A stretch of 64,000 bases of DNA from Candidatus Omnitrophota bacterium (GCA_026387335.1 JAPLLX010000004.1:255045-319044); one strand, 5' to 3'; positions 50,095-59,404 are shown, counted from the first letter of the stretch. Numbers and translations: made by a program. The notes: a model not told the origin generated them from the sequence alone.

Positions 50095-51096
50095 ATGAAA
50101 ATAGCTTTGACTTATAACCTGAAGCAAAAAGACGAAAGCAAACCGGCGGATTATTTTTCGGAGTGCGACAGCGCGGATACGATCAACGCGATTACCAACG
50201 CTATCCGAAAAAAAGGCCATGATGTTGAAGCTATAGACGTGGAATACCCAAAGCTGCTCTCTTATTTCCGAAAAAATTCCGTGGATATGGTTTTTAATAT
50301 TGCCGAGGGCAAATCCGGGAAGTTCCGCGAATCGGAAGTGCCGGCAATCCTGGATTATCTGAATATCCCCTATACAGGCTCGGATACCTTCTCCCTAGCT
50401 TTAGCTTTAAATAAAGCCATTACCAAAAAAATCCTCAAAGCGGAAAATATCCCCACGCCGAATTTTCAACTTTTCATAAAAGGAAACGAAGAGCTGGATC
50501 CAGCGTTAAGGTTCCCATTAATAGTCAAGCCGAATTGCGAGGGTTCCGCCAAAGGTATCTCTAAGGCCAATGTGGTGAGTAATTCTAAGGACCTGTATAA
50601 GAGGGTGAGAGAGACGTTAGAAGTTTATAATCAGGAGGCCTTAGCCGAAGAATTTATTGAAGGCAAAGAGCTTACTGTCGGGATATTAGAAAACGGCAAG
50701 ACAAAAGCCCTGCCGATTTTAGAGATAGATTTCTCTACCTGTAAGAATAGCGGAGAATATTTTTATTCCTGGAAGATGAAGGAGTATCAGGGGGATAAAG
50801 ATCTAGGGTTAGTCCCGGCCTTTCATTGCCCGGCGCGGCTGGATAAAGATATTGAGGAGCGGGTTAAAGAAGTGGCGCTGAGGACTCACCGCGCGATTGG
50901 CTGCGCGGACATCTCGCGCACCGATATCCGTTTGGATAAATTTAATGTTCCGTATGTGTTAGAGATAAACCCCTTGCCGGGATTAGACCCCAAAGAATCC
51001 AACTTTCCGATTATGGCTTACGCCGCCGGGATGAAATATGAAGATCTTATTGAGGCAATAATCTTGAGCGCCTCAGAAAGGAAAGGGCTAAATTGA
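50095..51096 (+). CDS. D-alanine--D-alanine ligase family ATP-grasp enzyme, paralogue 2
   Basis: Same architecture as the upstream gene (VDMVFNIAEGKSGKFRESEVPAILDYLNIPYTGSD ... EINPLPGL); 333 aa. Confidence 0.7.
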   Translation: MKIALTYNLKQKDESKPADYFSECDSADTINAITNAIRKKGHDVEAIDVEYPKLLSYFRKNSVDMVFNIAEGKSGKFRESEVPAILDYLNIPYTGSDTFSLALALNKAITKKILKAENIPTPNFQLFIKGNEELDPALRFPLIVKPNCEGSAKGISKANVVSNSKDLYKRVRETLEVYNQEALAEEFIEGKELTVGILENGKTKALPILEIDFSTCKNSGEYFYSWKMKEYQGDKDLGLVPAFHCPARLDKDIEERVKEVALRTHRAIGCADISRTDIRLDKFNVPYVLEINPLPGLDPKESNFPIMAYAAGMKYEDLIEAIILSASERKGLN

Positions 51097-52280
51097 GTAA
51101 CGTACAGGCAATTGAAAACCAGAAATTGCAGCAGGAGAGTTCTCCTGTAGTACGCAGTACCAAGAAACCGCGCGATTATCAGCAGATAGCAATTTATAAA
51201 GATGTCAATCCTCTGGATTGGGAAGATTGGCATTGGCAGATAAAAAACAGGATTTGTTCTAAAGATATTTTAGCGCAGATTATAAATTTAACTCCCGATG
51301 AGGAGAAAGGTATTGATAAGGCCAAAGGAAGATTATCCATGGCCATAACTCCTTATTGGGGAACGTTGCTTGATCCGGAAGACGCCGATTGCCCTCTAAG
51401 GCGCCAGGCTGTCCCGGTGGTCCAGGAATTAATGATTTCTCCCCATGAAATGACTGATCCTTGCGCGGAAGACCGGGATTCTCCGGCCCCGCACCTGGTG
51501 CATCGTTACCCGGACAGGGTTCTATTATTGGCTACAGACCACTGCGCAATGTACTGCCGCCACTGCACGCGCCGGCGCCTGGTCGGAGACCATGGAGAAA
51601 AAGATTCTAATTCTCCGGATAGGTTTGATGCCGCTATAGAATATATAAAAGCTAACCGTAAAATAAGGGACGTGTTAATATCCGGAGGCGACCCGTTAAC
51701 CCTGGAAGACGAGGAATTGGATGATCTGCTCGGAAAAATCCGCTCTATATCCCACATAGAATTCTTACGGCTGGGTACGCGCATACCCGTCACGCTTCCG
51801 CAGCGCATTACGGAAAACTTGGTGAATATAATGAAAAAATATTCGCCGCTTTGGGTAAGCATTCATTTTAACCATCCGAAAGAGATAACCAAACGCGCTA
51901 AGATCGCCTGCGATATGTTAGCGGAAGCCGGGATTCCTTTGGGCAGCCAGACTGTGCTTTTAAAAGGGATTAACGACCGGCCGTATATAATGAAAAAACT
52001 GGTCCACGAATTACTGCAGATTAGAGTCAGGCCGTATTATATTTATCAATGCGATCCTGTGCGGGGGACCCAGCATTTCCGGACCCCGGTTGCCGTCGGG
52101 ATCAATATTATGGAAAAATTACGCGGGCATACTTCCGGCTACGCTGTCCCGACTTATGTCATTGACGGTCCGGGAGGCGGCGGGAAAATACCCGTCGGGC
52201 CGAATTATATTCTTTCCCAGGCCAAGGGAAAGTACGTCCTGCGTAACTACAAAGGCAAGATCTATACCTACCTGGAATAA
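51093..52280 (+). CDS. kamA: lysine 2,3-aminomutase family radical SAM enzyme (KamA/EpmB-like)
   Basis: CAMYCRHCTRRR radical-SAM cluster motif in KamA context, PLP-binding region; 395 aa; start overlaps the upstream stop. Confidence 0.8.
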   Translation: MSNVQAIENQKLQQESSPVVRSTKKPRDYQQIAIYKDVNPLDWEDWHWQIKNRICSKDILAQIINLTPDEEKGIDKAKGRLSMAITPYWGTLLDPEDADCPLRRQAVPVVQELMISPHEMTDPCAEDRDSPAPHLVHRYPDRVLLLATDHCAMYCRHCTRRRLVGDHGEKDSNSPDRFDAAIEYIKANRKIRDVLISGGDPLTLEDEELDDLLGKIRSISHIEFLRLGTRIPVTLPQRITENLVNIMKKYSPLWVSIHFNHPKEITKRAKIACDMLAEAGIPLGSQTVLLKGINDRPYIMKKLVHELLQIRVRPYYIYQCDPVRGTQHFRTPVAVGINIMEKLRGHTSGYAVPTYVIDGPGGGGKIPVGPNYILSQAKGKYVLRNYKGKIYTYLE

Positions 52281-52334
52281 ACTGTTCGTTTTTTGTCCAT
52301 TAATCTTAGGAATCTCTTCGGAGAGTAGAGAGCT

Positions 52335-54290
52335 ATGGATGTCAGGAATAAACGAAATTTTATCCTTTTAGGGCATGCTCAGTCCGGCAAGACCACACTC
52401 GCGGAGAGCATGCTTTATTTCTCTAAGGCCACCACCCGTAAAGGCAAAGTTGAAGATGGGACGACTGTCAGTGACTACAGCTTTGACGAGATAGAAAAGA
52501 AAAATTCCATCAATTTAAGCCTGCTCTTTTGTGAATATCAGGGTAACCAGATCCAGATTGTGGATACACCCGGTTACGCGGATTTCTTCGGTGAGGTTGT
52601 CGCCGGGGCCCGCGCGGTAGATAGCGCTCTTATTGTGGTGGACGCCACAGCCGGTGTCCAGGTAGGGACTGAGCGCGCCTGGGATATCGCCCAGGAAAAT
52701 AACCTTCCCTGCATGATTTTTATCAATAAGATGGATAAAGAAGGCGCGGATGTGAATAAGGTTTTAGCGGACCTAAAATCCAGCCTTTCCAAAAATTGCG
52801 TAATCATAGAATCTTTGGAAGACCCGCTTTTAATGGAAGCAATCGCTGAGAGCGACGACAGCCTTTTGGAAAAATACCTGGCGGTTTTAAGGCTCTCCCT
52901 GGAAGAGATAAAAAGCGGTCTGGCTCAGGCAGTTATGCAACGTAAGCTCTTCCCCGTTGTGGTTGGTTCGGCGCTTACCGATAAAGGGATTAAAGATTTG
53001 CTGGACGATGTTTTACAATATCTGCCCAGTCCTCTGGATAGGGCTCCCGTAATAGCGGATAATCCGTTAAAAACGGGTGAGAAAAAAGAAGTTATTTTAA
53101 AAGAAGAGGCGTCTTTCTCAGCGTTTGTCTTTAAGAATATTTCAGACCCTTTTGTCGGCCAGCTTACGTTGTTGCGCGTTTTTTCCGGCATGCTTGCGGC
53201 AAATTCGGGTTTTTACAACGTAAGCCGCAGTCTTAAAGAAAGAATAGGACCGATATATTTTCTGCAGGGCAAGGGTGAACGCCAAGTGGACAGCGCGCAT
53301 TGCGGGGATATTGTCGCTATCGCTAAATTAAAGAATACGGGAGTCTCGGATTCGCTGGCGCAGGAAAAAGAGCAGTTTTTATTTGAGCCGATTGTTTTCC
53401 CCGAGCCGGCGATATCAGCGTCGGTCAAGCCCAAATCCCGCGAGGACGAAGAAAAAATTTCTGACGCCTTGCATAAACTGGCGGCGGAAGACCATACGTT
53501 CGGGGTCAGGCACGACCCGCAGACCAAAGAGTTGGTTGTTTCCGGGCTGGGCGACTTGCACTTAGCGGTTATGGTCGGCAGGATGAAAAAAAGATTTAAT
53601 GTCGCGGTGGATTTAGGCACGCCGAAAGTATCCTATAAAGAGACGATCTCTAAAAGCGCTAAGGTGCAGGGTAAATTCAAGCGCCAATCCGGCGGTCGCG
53701 GCCAATACGGAGATTGCTGGTTAGAGGTAAGCCCTTTAGGACGGGGCAAGGGCCTGGAGTTCGTAGATAAGATAGTCGGAGGGGCAATACCGCGCAATTT
53801 TATTCCTTCGGTGGAAAAAGGCGTGCGCCAGGCTTCCTTAGAAGGCGCGGTCGCGGGTTACCCCATTGAAGATATCCGGGTGACTTTAGTTGACGGTTCA
53901 TACCATGAGGTGGACTCTTCGGATATGGCTTTTCAAATCGCCGGGGCGATGGCTTTACGCAAGGCGGTTATGGAAGCCGGCCCGGTATTATTAGAGCCGA
54001 TAATGGATATTGAGATATATATTCCGGAAGAATGCCTGGGAACGATTTCCGGAGATATTAATTCCCGCCGGGGCAGGATCATGGGTATGGAGATAAAAGG
54101 CAAACAACAGGTAGTCAAAGTGCAGGCGCCGCTAGCGGAGATGTTTAAGTACGCCAATGACCTGCGTTCAATAACCGCGGGCAAAGGCTCTTACACAATG
54201 CGTTTTTCGCATTACGAAGAAGTGCCGCATAAGTTTGCCGCATCAATAATCACTCAATATCAAGCCACCAAAAAACAGGAAGAACAATAA
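52335..54290 (+). CDS. elongation factor G paralogue with Tyr in place of the switch II catalytic His
   Basis: G1 GHAQSGKTTL, G3 DTPGYADF (canonical DxPGHxDF), G4 NKMD; full five-domain EF-G length of 651 aa. Confidence 0.75.
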   Translation: MDVRNKRNFILLGHAQSGKTTLAESMLYFSKATTRKGKVEDGTTVSDYSFDEIEKKNSINLSLLFCEYQGNQIQIVDTPGYADFFGEVVAGARAVDSALIVVDATAGVQVGTERAWDIAQENNLPCMIFINKMDKEGADVNKVLADLKSSLSKNCVIIESLEDPLLMEAIAESDDSLLEKYLAVLRLSLEEIKSGLAQAVMQRKLFPVVVGSALTDKGIKDLLDDVLQYLPSPLDRAPVIADNPLKTGEKKEVILKEEASFSAFVFKNISDPFVGQLTLLRVFSGMLAANSGFYNVSRSLKERIGPIYFLQGKGERQVDSAHCGDIVAIAKLKNTGVSDSLAQEKEQFLFEPIVFPEPAISASVKPKSREDEEKISDALHKLAAEDHTFGVRHDPQTKELVVSGLGDLHLAVMVGRMKKRFNVAVDLGTPKVSYKETISKSAKVQGKFKRQSGGRGQYGDCWLEVSPLGRGKGLEFVDKIVGGAIPRNFIPSVEKGVRQASLEGAVAGYPIEDIRVTLVDGSYHEVDSSDMAFQIAGAMALRKAVMEAGPVLLEPIMDIEIYIPEECLGTISGDINSRRGRIMGMEIKGKQQVVKVQAPLAEMFKYANDLRSITAGKGSYTMRFSHYEEVPHKFAASIITQYQATKKQEEQ

Positions 54291-54308
54291 GATAAGGAGT
54301 AGTGTATA

Positions 54309-55010
54309 GTGAAGATTAGTGTAATCGGACTGCCCGGCTTAAACCCCGGAAAACATAATATTAAGGATTCTCGTCTTGATCAAGTGGATAGCATAACTAA
54401 AGCCAAGAAGAGGACCTACATTCAAGTTGAAGTCGTTTCCGAAAACGGGGCAATAGACGCGGACGCGATTTTAGTCGTCAAAAATTCATCCTCGGACGTA
54501 ATCTTAAAAGACCTGGAATTTGTGGAGACGCGGCTGGCGCGGGCCACCGAGGAAGCGGAAAAGAATTTATTTAACAAACTAAAGGGCATACTGGAAAAAG
54601 AGGAATTTATCTCCCGCGCGGCTTTAAACCCCGACGAGAAAAAAGAATTGGTTAAATACGGTTTACTTAGCGCTAAACCGGTTATTGTCGCTAGCGAGCA
54701 AGACCTGGAAGACCAAAACAGTTTATTACTCAGGGCCTTAAAAGAGGGAGGCTTTCTGAGCTTTTTTACAACCGGCGAAAAAGAGACCCGGGCCTGGCTT
54801 ATAAGATGTGGAGATACTGCCTGGGTCGCTTCGGGCGCGATACATTCGGATATACAGCAGGGTTTTATCCGGGCCGAAATTATCGCTTTCCAGGATTTTA
54901 TGGAATGCGGTGGTGAATCCAAGGCTAAGCAGGCGGGTAAAATGCGCCTTGAGCCCAAAGAATACATCATGCAGGACTGTGATCTGGCAAACTTTCGGTT
55001 TAATAAATAG
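54309..55010 (+). CDS. YchF/Obg-like ATPase paralogue with degenerate P-loop and truncated G domain but intact C-terminal TGS domain
   Basis: N-terminal ISVIGLPGLNPGKHN versus canonical GIVGLPNVGKST; DSRLDQVDSI aligns with YchF DPRLDQLAEI; C-terminal TGEKETRAWLIRCGDTAWVASGAIHSDIQQGFIRAEI...GKMRLEPKEYIMQDCDLANFRFN matches the YchF TGS domain; 233 aa versus about 360 for YchF. Confidence 0.65.
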   Translation: MKISVIGLPGLNPGKHNIKDSRLDQVDSITKAKKRTYIQVEVVSENGAIDADAILVVKNSSSDVILKDLEFVETRLARATEEAEKNLFNKLKGILEKEEFISRAALNPDEKKELVKYGLLSAKPVIVASEQDLEDQNSLLLRALKEGGFLSFFTTGEKETRAWLIRCGDTAWVASGAIHSDIQQGFIRAEIIAFQDFMECGGESKAKQAGKMRLEPKEYIMQDCDLANFRFNK

Positions 55011-55022
55011 GGAGAGATTATA

Positions 55023-56537
55023 ATGGTGAAGATTAAACGGGCGTTGATCAGCGTATCGGATAAAACAGGAATATTAGATTTCGCGAAAGAGTTAAATAAA
55101 TTCGGCGTGGAAATCCTCTCTACGGGTGGCACGGCAAAATTATTGCGCGAAAATAATATTCCGGTAAAAGAAGTATCCGAATATACGGGATTTCCGGAGA
55201 TGCTTGACGGCCGGGTTAAAACGCTGCATCCCAAAATACACGGCGGGCTTCTGGCTTTGCGGGATAACCCCGAGCATATGGCTACGCTCAAAGATCATGG
55301 TATCGGTTTAATCGATATGGTAGCGGTAAATCTTTATCCGTTTGAAAAAACCACCCAAAAACCCGGGGTAGCGATAGAAGAGGTGATTGAAAATATTGAT
55401 ATCGGCGGGCCGTCCATGCTGCGCTCCGCCGCTAAAAATCACCGCTCAGTAGCGGTTATCTGTAATCCGGGAAGGTACCCCCAGGTCATCGAAGAATTAA
55501 AGAAAAATAACGGCTGCCTGCCGGATAGCCTTTTACGCGATTTAGGCATTGAAGTTTTTAGCCGCACATCCCAATACGATGGAGCGATATTTGCGTATCT
55601 TAACAAATGGAATAACGGCTCTAAAACAGCAGCAATAGGCATTTTCCCCGATACGCTTACTTTATCTTTTGAAAAAATTCAGGATTTACGTTACGGCGAG
55701 AATCCCCATCAAAAAGCAGCCTTCTACAAAGAAAAAGGGAAGTCGGTAGGGTTGATAAACCTTAAGCAATTACAGGGTAAAGAGTTATCTTTTAATAATA
55801 TATTGGATTTAAATGCCGCTTTGGAATTAGTGCGGGAATTCAGCCAACCAGCTGCGGTAATCGTCAAACATAATAATCCCTGCGGAGTGGCTGAAGATAA
55901 AACTCTGGAAAAAGCATTTTTATACGCCTGGAAGTGTGACCCGCTCTCCGCTTTCGGCGGAATTGTCGCTTTAAACCGTAAGCTGGATTTAAAAACCGCT
56001 AAAGTGATAGCTAAAAGTGGATTCTTAGAATGTATTATCGCTCCCGGGTTTGAACAGGAAACGCTAGAGTTATTTAAAGAAAAAAAGAATTTACGCATTT
56101 TGGAATTTTATGGCTTAGAGCCGATAAACGAGCCGGAGTTTAAACGCGTAAGCGGCGGGTTGTTACTCCAGGATAAAGATTTGGCGACCCTGGATTTAAA
56201 TAACCTGAAAGTGGTTACTAAAAGAAAGCCGACCAAGCAAGAGATGACTAGTTTGATTTTTGGTTGGAAAGTAGCCAAGCATGTAAAATCCAACGCCATT
56301 ATTTTAACCAAGGGGACTAGGGCCGTCGGCATCGGCGCGGGGCAGATGTCCCGGGTGGATTCAGTTATGATTGCTAAGAAAAAATCCGGCAAGTTAAGCG
56401 CCAATTCCTGTTTAGCTTCCGACGCCTTCTTCCCTAAGCCGGACGCTATTTCCTGGGCCCATAAAGCCGGCGCTAAAGCGATAATCCAGCCCGGCGGCTC
56501 AATCGCCGACCAGAATCCAGGCCTGCGACAAATATAA
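55023..56537 (+). CDS. purH: bifunctional AICAR formyltransferase / IMP cyclohydrolase
   Basis: MGS-like N-terminal domain (ALISVSDKTGI) plus AICARFT domain; 504 aa. Confidence 0.92.
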   Translation: MVKIKRALISVSDKTGILDFAKELNKFGVEILSTGGTAKLLRENNIPVKEVSEYTGFPEMLDGRVKTLHPKIHGGLLALRDNPEHMATLKDHGIGLIDMVAVNLYPFEKTTQKPGVAIEEVIENIDIGGPSMLRSAAKNHRSVAVICNPGRYPQVIEELKKNNGCLPDSLLRDLGIEVFSRTSQYDGAIFAYLNKWNNGSKTAAIGIFPDTLTLSFEKIQDLRYGENPHQKAAFYKEKGKSVGLINLKQLQGKELSFNNILDLNAALELVREFSQPAAVIVKHNNPCGVAEDKTLEKAFLYAWKCDPLSAFGGIVALNRKLDLKTAKVIAKSGFLECIIAPGFEQETLELFKEKKNLRILEFYGLEPINEPEFKRVSGGLLLQDKDLATLDLNNLKVVTKRKPTKQEMTSLIFGWKVAKHVKSNAIILTKGTRAVGIGAGQMSRVDSVMIAKKKSGKLSANSCLASDAFFPKPDAISWAHKAGAKAIIQPGGSIADQNPGLRQI

Positions 56538-56584
56538 AATCGCCATGGTTACTACCGGCATAAGGCACTTCAGGCACTAATGAA

Positions 56585-57958
56585 ATGTCCTACCCAGAAG
56601 CTCTCCGATACCTGGAATCTTTTGTCAACTACGAAAAGTTTTCCAGCTACCCTTATCAAGAAGCCTTAAACTTAAAACGCGTTCAGGGTTTTTTAAATTT
56701 AGTCAAGAATCCCGAGCGTTCCTTAAGATTTATCCACGTAGCCGGAACAAAAGGCAAAGGCTCAACCTGCGCTTTTATTACCTATATATTAAGGGAAGCC
56801 GGGTTTAAAACCGGCTTATATACTTCTCCGCACCTAATTGATTTTAGAGAACGCATCAGGATTTTAAATAGGGACAGCGACCATTTTTCTTGGTCGCATA
56901 GACAGAAAAATGGTCGCTGTCCCTATTTAAGTGACTTTGAAGGAATGATCTCTAAGCGCAAACTGGCCAGCTTAGTGGATAGATTAAAACCCGCGCTAGA
57001 AAAATATAACCGCGTTTCAATTTACGGCGCGCTTTCCTTTTTTGAAATATGCACAGTTTTAGCTTTTATGTATTTCAAAGACGAAGGGGTAGACTTAGCG
57101 GTTTTAGAGACCGGATTAGGCGGGAGGCTGGACGCCACTAATATTGTTGAGCCTAAAGTGTGCGTTCTTACCCCCATAAGTTATGAGCATATGGATAAAT
57201 TAGGTCATACCTTAAAGAAGATAGCGGCGGAGAAAGCCGGGATTATTAAAAGAAATTCAATTGTTATTTCCGCGCCGCAAGTGAAAGAAGCAGGAAGAGT
57301 TATCAGTGATAAATGTAAGCAAGAAAATGCCAAACTATTCCTGGTAGGAAAAGATATAAAATATAGCGGCTCGGAGAATAAATTCAGAGTCACTACCCCT
57401 TACGCAGACTACAAAGATTTAAAGATAAGATTATGCGGCCGGCATCAAGTGCTGAACGCCGCAATGGCCCTGGCCGCAGTTAGCGCTCTCGGTAAGTGTA
57501 ATATCAAAGTCCGGATTGATTCTATCAAGAAAGGGCTCTATAATACTTTATGGCCGGGTAGATGCGAGGTCGTGGCTAAAAATCCTCTCATAATCCTGGA
57601 TGGCGCGCAAAACGCCGCTTCGGCAAAGGTTTTAAAAAAAGCGGTTCAAGAAAGGTTTCGTTACCGCAAGCTTATCCTTATACTCGGAGTTTCTAACGAT
57701 AAAGATATAAAAGGGATCGCGGATGAGCTTTATGCTTTAGCCGGTACAGTTATATTAACCAAAGCGAATAATTCGCGCGCAACTGATCCGAGAATCCTCG
57801 CCGGATATTTTAGAAAAAAAGATAAATATATCACTAATGGCCTAGCCGAAGCTAAAATATTGGCCCAGAAGCTGGCTAAAAAGGAAGACCTGATATTAGT
57901 TACCGGCTCTCTTTTTGTGGTAGGCGAATTCAAAAATGATAAATCACGACTTAACTGA
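56585..57958 (+). CDS. folC: folylpolyglutamate synthase / dihydrofolate synthase carrying an in-frame 21-codon palindromic-element insertion
   Basis: Mur-ligase P-loop HVAGTKGKGST, SPHLIDFRERIRI, LETGLGGRLDATNIV; the insertion [21 protein letters not shown] is encoded by a family A element. Confidence 0.85.
   Translation: MSYPEALRYLESFVNYEKFSSYPYQEALNLKRVQGFLNLVKNPERSLRFIHVAGTKGKGSTCAFITYILREAGFKTGLYTSPHLIDFRERIRILNRDSDHFSWSHRQKNGRCPYLSDFEGMISKRKLASLVDRLKPALEKYNRVSIYGALSFFEICTVLAFMYFKDEGVDLAVLETGLGGRLDATNIVEPKVCVLTPISYEHMDKLGHTLKKIAAEKAGIIKRNSIVISAPQVKEAGRVISDKCKQENAKLFLVGKDIKYSGSENKFRVTTPYADYKDLKIRLCGRHQVLNAAMALAAVSALGKCNIKVRIDSIKKGLYNTLWPGRCEVVAKNPLIILDGAQNAASAKVLKKAVQERFRYRKLILILGVSNDKDIKGIADELYALAGTVILTKANNSRATDPRILAGYFRKKDKYITNGLAEAKILAQKLAKKEDLILVTGSLFVVGEFKNDKSRLN
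56866..56928. repeat. family A palindromic element, copy 3, inside the folC coding sequence (63 bp, in frame)
   Basis: Perfect 25-bp inverted repeat identical to the intergenic copies. Confidence 0.9.
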
Positions 57959-59318
57959 TACAATCGCGGCGATTGCCACCCCTGTCGGTGAGGGCGGGAT
58001 AGGGATAGTGCGTATTAGCGGTAAGCTGGCGTTAGCTATCGCGGATAAGATATTTATTTCTCCCGCCGGAAAATTACCATCAACGCTTAAAACTTATACT
58101 ACGCATTATGGGACAATCGTCAAGGGCAAAAAGGTGATTGATGAAGTCATCCTTACGATTATGCGCTCCCCCAAGTCTTACACAAGAGAAGATATAGTTG
58201 AAATAAATTGCCACGGCGGAATAGTCGCTTTGCGGGGAGTGCTGGACCTGGTTTTAGCCAGCGGCGCGCGTATGGCTAGGCCGGGAGAATTTACCAAACG
58301 CGCGTTTCTAAACGGCAGGATTGATCTTACTCAGGCCGAGGCGGTCTTAGATATAATCCGGGCTAAAACCGATTCCGCTTTAAAGACGGGAATTGAGCAG
58401 CTAAAAGGCTCGCTCTCTAAGCAGATAAATAAATACAGGGAACTTTTATTAAACATACTCGCGCAATTAGAGGCAGGTATTGATTTTCCGGAAGAGTTAG
58501 TTTCTACGGAGGATTTAAAAACCATATCCAGAAAACTAGATGAGGTTCATAATGGCTTGGAGGGGTTGATTAAAGATTCCCGCCTGGCCAGGATATTACG
58601 CGAAGGAATACATGTGGTTATCTGCGGAAAACCCAACGTCGGAAAATCATCCCTTTTAAACGCGCTGCTTAAAGAGGAGCGCTCAATAGTCACTCCTATT
58701 GCCGGGACTACCCGCGACACGATAGAAGAGGTAATAGATATTCAAGGAATACCGGTTAGGATAGTGGATACTGCCGGGATATTGGAGCCGCGGGATTTAG
58801 TGGAAAAAGAAGCGGTCAAGCGCTCAAAGGAACAGATTGCCGCTGCGGATTTAATAATTATTTTATTTGACGCTAGCAAGAAGCTCTCCCCGGAAGACCT
58901 CTTTCTTATCCGGAAATTAAAGAAAAAAAAGGTTATCGCTTTAATAAATAAGTCCGACCTTAAGCAGAAAATTGAAAAAGGAAGGTTAGAAAAGATATTT
59001 AAGAGCGTAGTAGATATATCGGCTAAAAAACTGATCAATATAGATCTTTTGGAAAAGGCTATCGCGGATTTAGTTTACGGCGGCTCAGTTGCCCAGGCTG
59101 AATCATTACTGGTGGCTAATTTAAGGCACAGAAATATGATTCAAAAGGCGAAGATTATTATTGCGCAAGCCCGCGAATCGTTAGATAATAGCTTGCCAGC
59201 GGAATTTATTGCTCAGGATTTAAAAGAGGCGTTAGGGCATCTGGATGAAGTATCCGGCAGGAAGTTTTCCGAGGATTTATTGGATAAGATATTCTCGGAA
59301 TTTTGTATCGGTAAATAA
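57936..59318 (+). CDS. mnmE: tRNA modification GTPase MnmE/TrmE
   Basis: N-terminal TIAAIATP, G-domain GKPNVGKSSLLNAL, C-terminal CIGK; 460 aa. Confidence 0.92.
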   Translation: MINHDLTDTIAAIATPVGEGGIGIVRISGKLALAIADKIFISPAGKLPSTLKTYTTHYGTIVKGKKVIDEVILTIMRSPKSYTREDIVEINCHGGIVALRGVLDLVLASGARMARPGEFTKRAFLNGRIDLTQAEAVLDIIRAKTDSALKTGIEQLKGSLSKQINKYRELLLNILAQLEAGIDFPEELVSTEDLKTISRKLDEVHNGLEGLIKDSRLARILREGIHVVICGKPNVGKSSLLNALLKEERSIVTPIAGTTRDTIEEVIDIQGIPVRIVDTAGILEPRDLVEKEAVKRSKEQIAAADLIIILFDASKKLSPEDLFLIRKLKKKKVIALINKSDLKQKIEKGRLEKIFKSVVDISAKKLINIDLLEKAIADLVYGGSVAQAESLLVANLRHRNMIQKAKIIIAQARESLDNSLPAEFIAQDLKEALGHLDEVSGRKFSEDLLDKIFSEFCIGK

Positions 59319-59327
59319 ATAGGATAT

Positions 59328-59390
59328 AAATAGGGACAGCGACCATTTTTCTTGGTCGCCTAGACAGAAAAACGGTCGCTGTCCCTATTT
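59328..59390. repeat. family A palindromic element, copy 4 (mnmE-folE intergenic)
   Basis: Inverted repeat with one arm mismatch (ATGG/ACGG). Confidence 0.9.
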
Positions 59391-59404
59391 AATCAGGGAG
59401 AATT

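Noticed and set aside
54422-55291. 289-aa minus-strand ORF antisense to the YchF-like gene and to the purH start
   Set aside because: It overlaps two plus-strand genes whose products have clear conserved domains. Its Ser/Pro-rich low-complexity translation is typical of an antisense artefact.
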